From contig JBDRMG010000043.1 in NCBI GenBank assembly GCA_043812495.1, positions 1-59,554 on the forward strand: a stretch of DNA of 59,554 nt. The letters are read 5' to 3'. Of the stretch, positions 44,946-54,847 are shown piece by piece. The position numbers and the translations under genes were made by a program. This DNA is from Candidatus Omnitrophota bacterium (GTDB lineage: Bacteria > Omnitrophota > Gorgyraeia > Zapsychrales > JBDRMG01). The notes beneath the pieces are model-generated. The model made no database searches, was not told the origin of the DNA, and worked only from the letters and a program-made list of their open reading frames with translations. Position 1 is the stretch's first letter; each line of letters starts with the position of its first letter.

Positions 44946-45641
44946 TTACTCTTCAATTTCATAAGAAATCACCACATTGAAGGTGAGTTCCGGAAATTTC
45001 AAGTTGTCCGGAAACGGCGGAAAAGGTGAGGCATCCTTAACGCTTTTCTGGCTCAGTTCCTTCAAGTAGATATTGGCCATGGTCCGTTCTTCACTGAGTT
45101 TGAGTTGTTTCAAGATGCCGTCTGAGGAGACGACAAATGTCAAATAGACCTTTCCCGTATCGTACTGATCGTAATTCTCATAGGTTTTCTCTCGGATATT
45201 ATTGCGGATAATTTGATAATAGCTCAGATACATCGGATTATCGATTTTCTCGGATGACAAAGGAGGAACCGTGATCTTTCTTTTGACCTGATCTTTGTTG
45301 ACTTGCGCAGGTTGTTTCTTGGGAAGCTCAATTTTATCCAACAGTTTGGACAAATCCTTGATAAAAGAGTCCGTTTCGGAAGGCTCTTTCAGGCTCACTT
45401 GAGTCCTGCGTTCCTGCTCTTTCTTGATTTCTTGTTTTGGCTGCGCTATTCTTTCCTGCTTCTTCATTTGTGATTTGATATTAAAGTAAGTCACTTCGAT
45501 GGTCTTGAGCGGCTGCAAGAAGGGGTTGTTTTTAGAATACGATAATTTTGTCAAAAAAAGGACATGAATCGTTAAGGAAATCAGCAGGGCATATCGAAAG
45601 AATTTATCTTCCATCATAGGTTGGTTTTTAAGTTCATTCAA
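44946..45641 (-). CDS. TonB/TolA-like C-terminal domain membrane protein
   Basis: ISLTIHVLFL TM with conserved S/H, linker, VSSDG...ASPFPPFP. Confidence 0.78.
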   Translation of the reverse strand: MNELKNQPMMEDKFFRYALLISLTIHVLFLTKLSYSKNNPFLQPLKTIEVTYFNIKSQMKKQERIAQPKQEIKKEQERRTQVSLKEPSETDSFIKDLSKLLDKIELPKKQPAQVNKDQVKRKITVPPLSSEKIDNPMYLSYYQIIRNNIREKTYENYDQYDTGKVYLTFVVSSDGILKQLKLSEERTMANIYLKELSQKSVKDASPFPPFPDNLKFPELTFNVVISYEIEE

Positions 45642-45733
45642 CTACATCGATTATTGTGAGAACAACATCTTACCATAATCTTGCTCCCTTTGACAAAAGG
45701 ATTGGGAGATCCGCGCAAGCAGAACAACCCGGT

Positions 45734-46405
45734 CTACGGTTTAGTCCGCCAGGTTTCTTTGATGATGTAAAGCAGAAATCGAAAGGTATCAAGGGCGGGA
45801 TTGATTTTGCTTGTTTCATTGCGATAGATTGTCCTGATCGGAACGGAGTGGATTGGAAAACCTTTTCGGCTGGCTTTAACTAAAACTTCTGTCTCGATTT
45901 CAAAATCGCAAGAGAAACATTGGATGTTCTCTAAAACTTCCCGGCCGATATATCTAAAACCACATTGCGTATCAGGAATTTTCTGTCGGCACAGAGAGGA
46001 AATCATCCCAGACATCACCCGGTTGGTCAAAAGACGAATCTTGGGCATTCCTTGTGGGTTATTCATACGCGTTCCGGTAATAACACTTGCAGGGGAATCT
46101 TTTGCCTTACTGATAAATTGATCAATGTCCTCGACCGCATGCTGTAAATCCCCATCCATCGTTATGACACCGTCAAAATCATGAGCCAAGGCATAAGTAA
46201 ATCCATCCCGCAGCGACGCGCCTTTGCCTTTCTTTTTCTCATGCGTAAGCACGACCGCCCCCTGCTCTTTAGCGACTGATCCCGTAGGATCGCTGGACCC
46301 ATCGTCAATCACAACAGCGTCTAGATTCTTGTTCTTGAGCTGGTGAATCAGCTGGCCGATGGTTCTCGCCTCATTATGCGCAGGAATAACGATGCAAGGT
46401 TTCAT
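45734..46405 (-). CDS. Family 2 glycosyltransferase
   Basis: IVIPAHNE, DDGSSD, GKGASL, MDGDLQH, DTQCGFR. Confidence 0.93.
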   Translation of the reverse strand: MKPCIVIPAHNEARTIGQLIHQLKNKNLDAVVIDDGSSDPTGSVAKEQGAVVLTHEKKKGKGASLRDGFTYALAHDFDGVITMDGDLQHAVEDIDQFISKAKDSPASVITGTRMNNPQGMPKIRLLTNRVMSGMISSLCRQKIPDTQCGFRYIGREVLENIQCFSCDFEIETEVLVKASRKGFPIHSVPIRTIYRNETSKINPALDTFRFLLYIIKETWRTKP

Positions 46406-47256
46406 TCGATCCAAAACTTTCTGAACATGAGCCACTGGGTCGGCGTCGCCCGAATTTCTTTTTCAATAATGGCCGCGTAGGTTTTCATCAATTGTAAGAT
46501 ACTCTCTTCTTCACCCAACGACTGATCGGCGTAAAGCGGTTCTTTAAAGGTTAGTGTAAAAGAATTATCTTCGTGACGAATAAGAAACACAGGAACAATG
46601 GGGGCATTCATTTTTCTGGTAAAAACAGCGGCCCCTTTGGGAATCAACGTCTTTTTTCCAAGAAAATCAATAATCTCCCCGTTGGCCGTAAAATCACGAT
46701 CTGCCGCTATGGCGATAATGTGGTTATTTTTAAAGGCTTCAAGACAGCGTCTGATCGCTATGTTCGAGGGAATAATCTTAACTCCCTTGACCTGCCTTTG
46801 ATGATTGAATAAATCGTTAACCGGTCTTTCTTTGTGGGGAAGGGCAATCGCTCCGATGGGATAGCCCAGCACAGAAATAATCGTCGCTCCCAGTTCCCAA
46901 TTTCCGATATGAGCCGTCAAGGTGATAGCTCCCTTGCCTTGCGCAAGAACATTATCAAGATAATGCCGATTAACGATGTTGATCTTTTGATCGATGAAGG
47001 TTTGATCCAGATGTTTAGCGATACGGAAGAATTCGACCAAATATTTTCCGAAGTTGCGAAAGACCGTCCGCGCGAACGGCGCAATCTTTTTTTCATCCGG
47101 GCAAATGACCCGCAAATTATCTTTAACAGCCCGGCGATCGCGGAAAGAGAATAAATAATGAAGATCGGAAATAAATATTGCGACCCCGTAAGCCGCTTTC
47201 AAGGAAAGGACATTAGCCAAAAAATAACCGATTTTGTAAACAACGTATTTAAACAT
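46402..47256 (-). CDS. Lipid A/lysophospholipid acyltransferase (HtrB-like)
   Basis: TAHIGNWE (HxxxxE), AADRD, QWLMFRKFW. Confidence 0.9.
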   Translation of the reverse strand: MFKYVVYKIGYFLANVLSLKAAYGVAIFISDLHYLFSFRDRRAVKDNLRVICPDEKKIAPFARTVFRNFGKYLVEFFRIAKHLDQTFIDQKINIVNRHYLDNVLAQGKGAITLTAHIGNWELGATIISVLGYPIGAIALPHKERPVNDLFNHQRQVKGVKIIPSNIAIRRCLEAFKNNHIIAIAADRDFTANGEIIDFLGKKTLIPKGAAVFTRKMNAPIVPVFLIRHEDNSFTLTFKEPLYADQSLGEEESILQLMKTYAAIIEKEIRATPTQWLMFRKFWIE

Positions 47257-48373
47257 ACACGGGGCTCACATTTGATAAAACTAATTTGGCGATATCATAG
47301 GACGCATGGGTTCGGCTCTTATCGAGGGCCGCTTGGCGCATCGCCAAAAGACGTTCCGGGGTCTTCAGCAAAATGTCGATCTCCTGACCAACATCTTTAA
47401 CGTGATTCACGCGCACGGCCATACCGTTTTTGATGAAAAAATCCGTATTGCGCTCTTCTTGCCCCGGAATGGGTTTGACAATCACTAAAGGTAATCCTTT
47501 GGCCAAAGATTCGGCGGTCGTTAAGCCGCCGGCTTTCGTAACGGCGAGCGTCGAGACTTCCATGAGCTCATCGATATTATCCGCATATTCAAAAATCAAA
47601 ATTTTTCTAGGAGATTTGAAATGAATTTTCTTGAGCCACTTGATCAGCTTTTTATTGGTGCCAGCCACAACGATCAGCTGAAATGCTGTTTCTATTTTAT
47701 TTAGGGATTTGACAATATTCTTAATTGGGCCCAAACCTTGTCCTCCTCCCATAATGAGAATGGTCGGGATGGCCGGATCAAGCCCAAGATCGCTTACGAT
47801 CGCATCCCTGTCCAAAGTTTTTGTGAATTTCGGATCAATGGGAATGCCGAATAGTTTGATACGCTCCTGCGGGATTCCCTCCTTTAAGAAACGCTCGCGC
47901 GCCTCCTGAGAGGGCACAATAAAATAATCCACGCTGTCGTTCAGCCAATAGGAATGCGGGGCGTGATCCGTGAGAACTCCTATGAGAGTCGTTTTCAACC
48001 GATACGTTTTCTTAAAATCCGCGAATAAACCGCAAGGAAATGCTTGTGTGCATATCACAGCATCGGGCTGGAATTGCCCAAACAATTTAGCCAATTTTTC
48101 ATGCTTGGATTTGTGAATAGCCTCTTTGATGGATTGAGTTCGCTTGACGATCTTGGGATTATCGTACAGGTAATCCCAAATTTTTGGCGTTCTTTTGATG
48201 ACACCCATATACGCCTTATTGATAATTTTCTCTATAATGGGATAGGCAAATTCAAAACCATTGACCCGGGATGTCTCGACGGACGGGTCAAGATCTTTGA
48301 GGGCCTTTTCAATGGCCTTGGAAGCCTGATGATGGCCCGAGACTTCCGTGATATACATCAAAAGAACTTTCAT
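47249..48373 (-). CDS. MGDG-synthase/UgtP-like glycosyltransferase (GT28)
   Basis: SGHHQAS, VLTD...HSYW, GIPI, MGGGQG, TKAGGLTTAE, PGQEERN. Confidence 0.9.
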   Translation of the reverse strand: MKVLLMYITEVSGHHQASKAIEKALKDLDPSVETSRVNGFEFAYPIIEKIINKAYMGVIKRTPKIWDYLYDNPKIVKRTQSIKEAIHKSKHEKLAKLFGQFQPDAVICTQAFPCGLFADFKKTYRLKTTLIGVLTDHAPHSYWLNDSVDYFIVPSQEARERFLKEGIPQERIKLFGIPIDPKFTKTLDRDAIVSDLGLDPAIPTILIMGGGQGLGPIKNIVKSLNKIETAFQLIVVAGTNKKLIKWLKKIHFKSPRKILIFEYADNIDELMEVSTLAVTKAGGLTTAESLAKGLPLVIVKPIPGQEERNTDFFIKNGMAVRVNHVKDVGQEIDILLKTPERLLAMRQAALDKSRTHASYDIAKLVLSNVSPVYV

Positions 48374-48404
48374 GAAGTATTCCTCATTTTCGAGCGTTGA
48401 AGCA

Positions 48405-48635
48405 TTATTGAATCGTCAGAAGAGCGCAACCGATAGCGATTTTATCGCCTTCCTTCACGACAATCTCTTTGATTCGTCCTGATACAGAAGCAGGGACATC
48501 AAACGAGGCTTTATCCGTAACACATTCCACGACATTGTCTCCCTCGTTAACTTGATCGCCCGTTTTGACATACAAACAGGAAATTGTTGCTTTGTGAATT
48601 CCTTCGCCTAAATCCGGCAAGCACACAGAAGTCAT
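48405..48635 (-). CDS. Stand-alone lipoyl-domain protein
   Basis: LPDLGEG, ECVTDKASFDV (DKA lipoyl-Lys motif). Confidence 0.88.
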   Translation of the reverse strand: MTSVCLPDLGEGIHKATISCLYVKTGDQVNEGDNVVECVTDKASFDVPASVSGRIKEIVVKEGDKIAIGCALLTIQ

Positions 48636-48647
48636 TGTCTTCTCTCC

Positions 48648-48765
48648 TTATTCTACTTCGCATAACCAATGGAAACGATAGTATATGCTTCGTAGAATAT
48701 TCTCTTCAGAATAATTCTCCGAAGCCTGTACCATTATATTCCTTTAGTAAGGCGAAGGAGAATAA
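48648..48765. repeat. Family A MITE-like repeat, copy 2 (without inserts)
   Basis: Same terminal inverted repeats and backbone as 3063-3229. Confidence 0.85.
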
Positions 48766-49418
48766 ATCATTTCCATATTGAAAATTTTAGAAAAACCGCG
48801 GATCATTTCTTTCTTGACCAAAGCACACTCCGTGGGTTGTCCGCACAAAGAATGCATGGTGGTCATGGCTGTATCCAGACCGCACGGCTTGATCATTGAA
48901 AAATAGTTTAGGTCGGTATTGACGTTGAGGGCCAATCCGTGAAACGTCACCCACTGGCGAACGCCGATACCGATCGAAGCGATCTTGCCTTTTGGGGTAA
49001 AGACACCTCGTTGTCCGTTCCTGCGGAAAGCGACAATCGCAAAGGACAATAACGCGTCCATGACCACCTGCTCCAATTTTTCCATATATTCCTTAAGGTC
49101 CTTACGCCATAACTTTAAAGGAAAGATCGGATAGATAACCATCTGACCCGGACCATGAAAAGTAACCTCTCCTCCCCGATTCGTGCGGATAATATCTATT
49201 TTGTTCTTCATGATTTTCTCTTGAGGCCGCAAGAAATTTTTCTCTGAAGCCAGTCGCCCCAAAGTAAAAACTGGCGGGTGCTCGCAAAAAAGCAATTGCG
49301 GTTGTTCCTCTCGGACAACATCCCCAAGAATCTTGAGCTGATGACCATAGGCCTCTGGGTAAGAAATAAGACCGAAGTCCATGACCCGACACTTGATCGC
49401 AGTAGCAACATTCATCAT
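48744..49418 (-). CDS. lipB: Octanoyltransferase
   Basis: EHPPVFTLGR, RGGEVTFHGPGQ, KIASIG, HGLALN, PCG. Confidence 0.96.
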   Translation of the reverse strand: MMNVATAIKCRVMDFGLISYPEAYGHQLKILGDVVREEQPQLLFCEHPPVFTLGRLASEKNFLRPQEKIMKNKIDIIRTNRGGEVTFHGPGQMVIYPIFPLKLWRKDLKEYMEKLEQVVMDALLSFAIVAFRRNGQRGVFTPKGKIASIGIGVRQWVTFHGLALNVNTDLNYFSMIKPCGLDTAMTTMHSLCGQPTECALVKKEMIRGFSKIFNMEMIYSPSPY

Positions 49419-49453
49419 GTAGAGTTATTTTATCAGAAAATCGCAAAAATAAA

Positions 49454-49660
49454 AAAAGGTTCTTTCTTGTTTAGGGTGAATGAAAGAACCTGATTCCAGA
49501 GATTATTAAGTGATTAAACAGATTTGGTTTCCGGCGATATCAATAAATCTGTGTAATCAATTTTATAATCATTGTCATCAGGGCCATTCAATGATTTTTG
49601 CTATCTAATCTTGTTACAATAGATTATGAATATTCCTTCATCCTGAATAAGAATGGCCCA
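49454..49660. repeat. Family C element, copy 3, with an 89-bp hairpin insert
   Basis: Both family C inverted repeats present, separated by the extra segment 49492-49580. Confidence 0.8.
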
Positions 49661-49661
49661 C

Positions 49662-49709
49662 AAAAAAACCTTGTTTCTTTTCATTTTTCACCAAAGAACA
49701 AGGCTTTTT
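49662..49709 (-). terminator. Probable intrinsic terminator after icd
   Basis: Minus strand CCTTGTTCTTT...AAAGAAACAAGG followed by T7; the stem is AT-rich. Confidence 0.5.
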
Positions 49710-49750
49710 CAGGTCATGAGGCCATGGACAAACTGTCTTTCGCAGAAAAT

Positions 49751-50848
49751 CTAATCCGATCGTAACTTTTGACAAATGGCTTCGGCCATGTCTTGAGTGC
49801 CGACAGCCGTTGGGTCATTGCGGTCGGGCTTCAAGTCATACGTTACGGCTTTCCCTTCTTTCAGAACTTTCTTGACGGCATTCTCCAGGCGATCGGCTGC
49901 CTCTTTTTCATTGAGATAGCGCAACATCAAAACGCTCGATAGAATCGTTGCCGTCGGATTCACAATGTTCTGGCCCGTATATTTCGGAGCGGATCCATGC
50001 ACCGGTTCAAAGAGAGCCATGTCATCGCCGATATTGGCGCCCGGGGCAATGCCTAAACCTCCAACGAGGCCCGCGCAAAGATCAGAAACAATATCCCCGT
50101 ATAAGTTCGGGAGGACTAAGACATCGTAGAGTTCCGGCTTCTGAACCAATTGCATGCACATATTGTCGACAATGACATCCTGAAACGCGATCTTTCCTTC
50201 ATACTCCCTGGCCACATCTTGAGCGACTTTCAGGAAAAGTCCATCGGTAAATTTCATAATATTCGCTTTATGAACAGCGCTGACCTTCTTTCGATTATTT
50301 TTAACGGCGTAGTCAAAAGCAAATTTCACAATGCGTCGCGTCGCGTATTCGGAAATCGGCTTGATGGAGATCGCCGAGTCCATGCGGACTTGCTTAGACT
50401 GAAGTCGATTAAATTCCTTGATTAGATTCTTCGCGTCCTGGCTATTGGCTTCGAATTCGACCCCCGCGTAGAGATCTTCCGTATTCTCGCGCACAATGAT
50501 GAGATCAATATGCGTTGCCTTGGCTTTTGTACCCTCATAATATTTGCAAGGGCGAACGCACGCGTAAAGATCAAGCGTATGGCGCAACTGCACATTCACA
50601 GACCGAAAACCTTTGCCCACAGGAGTCACAATCGGACCTTTGATTGCCACTTTATTTTTTCTGATGGAGGCAATGGCTTGTTCCGGAAGAGGTGTGCCGA
50701 ATTTCTTAATAGCGTGCTCACCGACCATCTGTTCGTCCCATTGAATCTTAACACCCGTGGCCTCAACGCATTTTTTCATGGCCTCGGATACTTCAGGACC
50801 TATTCCATCACCTGGAAGAAGGCTAACAGAATGAGAGATTTTTCCCAT
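49751..50848 (-). CDS. icd: Isocitrate/isopropylmalate dehydrogenase family (probably IDH)
   Basis: GDGIGPEV, IKGP..TP, RENTED, HKANIMK, PNLYGDIVSDL, EPVHGSAP. Confidence 0.88.
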   Translation of the reverse strand: MGKISHSVSLLPGDGIGPEVSEAMKKCVEATGVKIQWDEQMVGEHAIKKFGTPLPEQAIASIRKNKVAIKGPIVTPVGKGFRSVNVQLRHTLDLYACVRPCKYYEGTKAKATHIDLIIVRENTEDLYAGVEFEANSQDAKNLIKEFNRLQSKQVRMDSAISIKPISEYATRRIVKFAFDYAVKNNRKKVSAVHKANIMKFTDGLFLKVAQDVAREYEGKIAFQDVIVDNMCMQLVQKPELYDVLVLPNLYGDIVSDLCAGLVGGLGIAPGANIGDDMALFEPVHGSAPKYTGQNIVNPTATILSSVLMLRYLNEKEAADRLENAVKKVLKEGKAVTYDLKPDRNDPTAVGTQDMAEAICQKLRSD

Positions 50849-50853
50849 TGATT

Positions 50854-51900
50854 TTATAATTGTTTAAATTCTTCGGGATTCTTGGCTTTGCTTAGGGCTA
50901 CATCGTAGGTGATGATGCCTGAATGATAGAGCTCTTTTAACGATTTGTCCATTGATTTCATACCGTACTGGCTGCCGGTCTGAATAACTGTCGGAATCTG
51001 CTCAATGGCTTGCTCTCGAATCAAGTTTCTCACGCTAGGTGTTGCAATCATTACCTCTGTAGCCAGAACTCGACCTGTACCGCTTGCGCGCGGAAGCAAC
51101 AACTGCGAGACAACACCCTGCAAGCAATCAGAGAGTTGCAGTTTGATCTGTTGTTGCTGATGAGGCGGGAACACATCAATGATACGTTCGATCGTTTGCG
51201 GAGCATCGGGCGTATGCAAGGTCGCCAGAACCAAGTGTCCTGTCTCGGCAGCGGTCAGGGCTGTTCCAATGGTCTCCAAATCTCGCATCTCACCCACCAC
51301 GATGATATCCGGATCTTGTCGCAAACAACGCTTGAGGGCCTCCGCAAAAGAACGCGTATCGCTATGCACCTCGCGCTGTTTAATAATGCATTTCTTGTTG
51401 TGGTGAATGTATTCGATGGGGTCTTCGATGCAGATCACCAGGTTACTACGCTCGCCGTTAATGAGTTCGATCATGGCGGCCAAGGTTGTTGTCTTACCCA
51501 TCCCCGTGGGCCCTGTCACAAGAACAAGCCCGTTCGGTCGACGCGCCAGGTCGCAGACAACGTTCGGTAATCCCAATTCATCGATGGCAGGGATAAACAA
51601 AGGAATGCGCCGAAAAGCCGCTTCTACGCATCCTTTTTGCATATGAATATTGGCTCGAAATCGATCCATGCCCGGTAAGGCCAAAGAAAAATCTAACTCG
51701 AGTTCATGCTCAAATTTTTCTTTCTGGCGGTCGGACAAAACACTATAAATCATTTTCTTCAGTTCTTCTCGGCTCAAACTTTTGAATTTGGTGAGCATCA
51801 ACCGACCGTCGATTCTTAAGACAGGGGGTGTATTTTCTGTCAAATGCAAATCAGACGCATTCTGCTCAATCGTCAACATCAGGAGGTCTCGAAATTCCAT
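50854..51900 (-). CDS. pilT: Pilus retraction ATPase
   Basis: GPTGMGKTTT, IEDPIE, LRQDPD, AETGHLVLATLHT. Confidence 0.95.
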   Translation of the reverse strand: MEFRDLLMLTIEQNASDLHLTENTPPVLRIDGRLMLTKFKSLSREELKKMIYSVLSDRQKEKFEHELELDFSLALPGMDRFRANIHMQKGCVEAAFRRIPLFIPAIDELGLPNVVCDLARRPNGLVLVTGPTGMGKTTTLAAMIELINGERSNLVICIEDPIEYIHHNKKCIIKQREVHSDTRSFAEALKRCLRQDPDIIVVGEMRDLETIGTALTAAETGHLVLATLHTPDAPQTIERIIDVFPPHQQQQIKLQLSDCLQGVVSQLLLPRASGTGRVLATEVMIATPSVRNLIREQAIEQIPTVIQTGSQYGMKSMDKSLKELYHSGIITYDVALSKAKNPEEFKQL

Positions 51901-51957
51901 TTTTTCATCCTTTGCTAAATTTTTATTAATGACATGACAGCGGTTTCGTTCACTGCT

Positions 51958-53124
51958 TCATGAATTTTTCTTAACCCAATCTTGAATGCGTTTGGTTCCC
52001 TCTCGGATGCGCTCTACGGATGTGGCAAAGCTCAGCCGCATATAGCCTTTAGCGCCAAAACCGTCGCCCGGAATAATGGCCACGTTGGTTTCCTCGAGGA
52101 TCCTTTTGGCTAATTCGTTCGCATCGGACCCAATCTTTGAGAAATCACAAAAAATATAAAAGGCTCCTTGGGGAACGGCAAATTTGATCTCCGGAATTTC
52201 TTTCAAGCAGGAGACCATGACGTCCCGTCTCTTTTTGAATTCGTCGCGCATGGTGTTTATACTTTCTTGGGAGGCTTGTAAAGCGGCCACAGCGGCCTTC
52301 TGGCTAATAGAAGTCGGATTTGACGTCGAGTGGTCTTGAAGTTTCTTGGCGTAGTCTGCTATTTCCTGGGATGCCCCAAAATAACCAATGCGCCACCCTG
52401 TCATGGCATAGGCTTTCGAAACGCCATTGACGGTTGCTGTCAGATGATAAATATCTTCATTCAAAGAACCAAGGGATGGATAGGCTTCATTATTATAAAC
52501 CAATTTTTCATAAATTTCATCGCTAATCACAAAGAGTTGTTTTTGGACACAGACATCGGCAATCGCTTTTAACTCGTCTTTGGTATACAACATCCCTGTC
52601 GGATTGGAGGGTGAGTTAAGAACGAGGCACTTTGTTTTCTTTGTGACGCTCTTTTTAAGCTGTTCGGCTGTTATTTTGAACTGCGCGTCAAGTGTTGTTT
52701 GGATAAACTTAGGAGTACCCCCGGCAATTTTCACCATTTCCGGATAGCTCACCCAGAAAGGCGAAGGAATCAGAACCTCATTGCCTTCGTCGACCAAAAC
52801 CTGAATCAAATTAAACAGAGAATGCTTGGCTCCGCAGGAAACAACGATTTGATTGGGAGAATATTTGAGATGATTGTCTTGCAGGAATTTCTTGGAAATG
52901 ATTTCGCGCAGATCCGCAATCCCTACGCTCGGCGTGTATTTTGTAAAACCGCTACGAATCGCCTCAATCGCCGCATTATTAATAAAATCCGGCGTATTGA
53001 AATCCGGTTCACCTCCGGCAAAATTCACGACATCATGGCCTTTGGCTTTAAGTTCTTTGGCTTTTGCCGTAATTGCCAGCGTCAAGGACCCGGCAACATT
53101 CTTGAGGCGCTTGTTGATCTGCAT
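51958..53124 (-). CDS. Class I/II PLP aminotransferase (aspartate aminotransferase-like)
   Basis: GEPDF, NSPSNPTG, SDEIY, SKAYAMTGWRIG. Confidence 0.95.
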   Translation of the reverse strand: MQINKRLKNVAGSLTLAITAKAKELKAKGHDVVNFAGGEPDFNTPDFINNAAIEAIRSGFTKYTPSVGIADLREIISKKFLQDNHLKYSPNQIVVSCGAKHSLFNLIQVLVDEGNEVLIPSPFWVSYPEMVKIAGGTPKFIQTTLDAQFKITAEQLKKSVTKKTKCLVLNSPSNPTGMLYTKDELKAIADVCVQKQLFVISDEIYEKLVYNNEAYPSLGSLNEDIYHLTATVNGVSKAYAMTGWRIGYFGASQEIADYAKKLQDHSTSNPTSISQKAAVAALQASQESINTMRDEFKKRRDVMVSCLKEIPEIKFAVPQGAFYIFCDFSKIGSDANELAKRILEETNVAIIPGDGFGAKGYMRLSFATSVERIREGTKRIQDWVKKNS

Positions 53125-53140
53125 TGAAAAAGGTCAACCG

Positions 53141-53812
53141 TTACTGTGATTTATCCTTTTTAAAGATCTTCTTGAAGCCACCCAGCATTTTTTTCTTAGG
53201 CTTTTCTTGAGGTTCTTGAGACTTCTCTTCTTTGCTCACGGGAACTTCAGAAATTTTAGGTTTTTCTTCTTGAGGCGTTTCTTTTTCTTTTTTCTCAACG
53301 GTTGATTCCGGAAGGTGTTCTTTTCCGGGTAGTTCTTGAACTTTTTTTGTCTTTTTTGAGATTGACTTGGCGGATTCCGCCTTGTCTTTCTGCGTAATAT
53401 CTTCCTTCTTCTTCAGCTTACTCTTGGCTGCCTTTTTGGTTTCAATAACCTGAATATCTTTCTCGGTCAGTTCAAGATAAGCCAACTGGGCATGATCGCC
53501 TCTTCTCATCGAAAGAGGGATAACGCGCGTATAGCCTCCGGGACGGTTTTTAAATCGGACAGCAATTTTATTAAAAAGATCGCTGACGAGTTGATGATCG
53601 CACAGAATCGAAAAGGCCTTGCGCTTAGCCGCCAACGTTCCCCGTTTTCCCAAGGTGATCAACCGGTCCACAAGCTTTCTAGCTTCTTTGGCTTTTGCTT
53701 TGGTCGTACGGATCCGTTCATGTTTGAGGGTGGCCTTGGCCATATCTCGCAAAGTGGCTTTCCTCCAACTTGTGTTGCGCCCAAGTCGATTACCAGTCAA
53801 TTGATGTCGCAT
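53141..53812 (-). CDS. rplQ: 50S ribosomal protein L17 with long C-terminal extension
   Basis: MRH...ITLGK...GGYTRV core, aa 1-119, then a K/E-rich tail. Confidence 0.97.
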   Translation of the reverse strand: MRHQLTGNRLGRNTSWRKATLRDMAKATLKHERIRTTKAKAKEARKLVDRLITLGKRGTLAAKRKAFSILCDHQLVSDLFNKIAVRFKNRPGGYTRVIPLSMRRGDHAQLAYLELTEKDIQVIETKKAAKSKLKKKEDITQKDKAESAKSISKKTKKVQELPGKEHLPESTVEKKEKETPQEEKPKISEVPVSKEEKSQEPQEKPKKKMLGGFKKIFKKDKSQ

Positions 53813-53818
53813 CTTGTG

Positions 53819-54811
53819 TTATTCCTTCTTTCTTAATTTCTTAAGGTCGATTTTCATGCCTAAATTCAATCCCATGGCTTTCAGAAGGTCATTGATTTCC
53901 GTCAGCGATTTCTTTCCAAAATTACGGAAATTCAATAACTCCGATTCTGACTTTCGCACCAATTCGCCAATCGTCTTAATAGCGGCTTCTTTGAGACAAT
54001 TGGCGCTACGCACCGAGAGTTCGAGTTCTGAAATAGGCAAGCGAAACTTTTCGTACAATGTTTTCTCTTCGGCCGTGATCTCCTCTTCTTCCTCTTCCTC
54101 TTCGGGCAGCTGACCATAGCTCACAAAGACGTCCAGGTGCCGCTGCAAAATATTTGCCGCGTAAAGAAGAGCTTCTTTGGGATTGATACCGCCGTTGGTC
54201 CAAATTTCTGTGAGGAGTCTATCGTAGTCCGTTCTTTGGCCGACACGCGTATTCTCGACCCAGAAATTCACTTTAATAATAGGTGTAAAGATGGAATCGA
54301 CGGCGACGGTCCCCAGCGGTGCTCCCTCTTTTTTATTTTGTTCCGCCGGCACATAACCTCGTCCGCGGGAAACTTCCATTTCCATATGAAATTTTGTATC
54401 CCGCGTGAGCGTGGCAATGTGCAAGTTGGGATTCACAATCTCAATGGTTTCATCGCAGATGATATCCTTAGCCTTCACATCACCTTTTTTGTCTGCTTTG
54501 ATGTAAATCGTTTTCATTGTTTTGGAATGAGAACGAAGAACCAATTTCTTAATATTGAGGACAATATCCGTCACAGGCTCGTAAACGCCAGGAATGGTCG
54601 AAAACTCATGCTGCACACCGTCAATCTTAATTGACGTGACCGCGCTTCCTTCTATGGATGATAAAAGAATTCTTCGCAGAGAGTTTCCGAGCGTAACACC
54701 ATAGCCTCGCTCAAAAGGTTCGGCGACAAATTTGCCATACTCATTGTTATACGTGGATTCATCGCAATCGAGCCTCTTGGGCATCTGGAAATCTTTCCAT
54801 TTAATTCCCAT
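53819..54811 (-). CDS. rpoA: RNA polymerase alpha subunit
   Basis: [35 protein letters not shown]. Confidence 0.99.
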   Translation of the reverse strand: MGIKWKDFQMPKRLDCDESTYNNEYGKFVAEPFERGYGVTLGNSLRRILLSSIEGSAVTSIKIDGVQHEFSTIPGVYEPVTDIVLNIKKLVLRSHSKTMKTIYIKADKKGDVKAKDIICDETIEIVNPNLHIATLTRDTKFHMEMEVSRGRGYVPAEQNKKEGAPLGTVAVDSIFTPIIKVNFWVENTRVGQRTDYDRLLTEIWTNGGINPKEALLYAANILQRHLDVFVSYGQLPEEEEEEEEITAEEKTLYEKFRLPISELELSVRSANCLKEAAIKTIGELVRKSESELLNFRNFGKKSLTEINDLLKAMGLNLGMKIDLKKLRKKE

Positions 54812-54847
54812 CTGTTTCCTCCTAAATCGGTTATGGGTGAAGAAAAA

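Noticed and set aside
54083-54105. Low-complexity (TCC/TCT)n run in rpoA
   Set aside because: It encodes the poly-Glu interdomain linker; an ordinary flexible linker.
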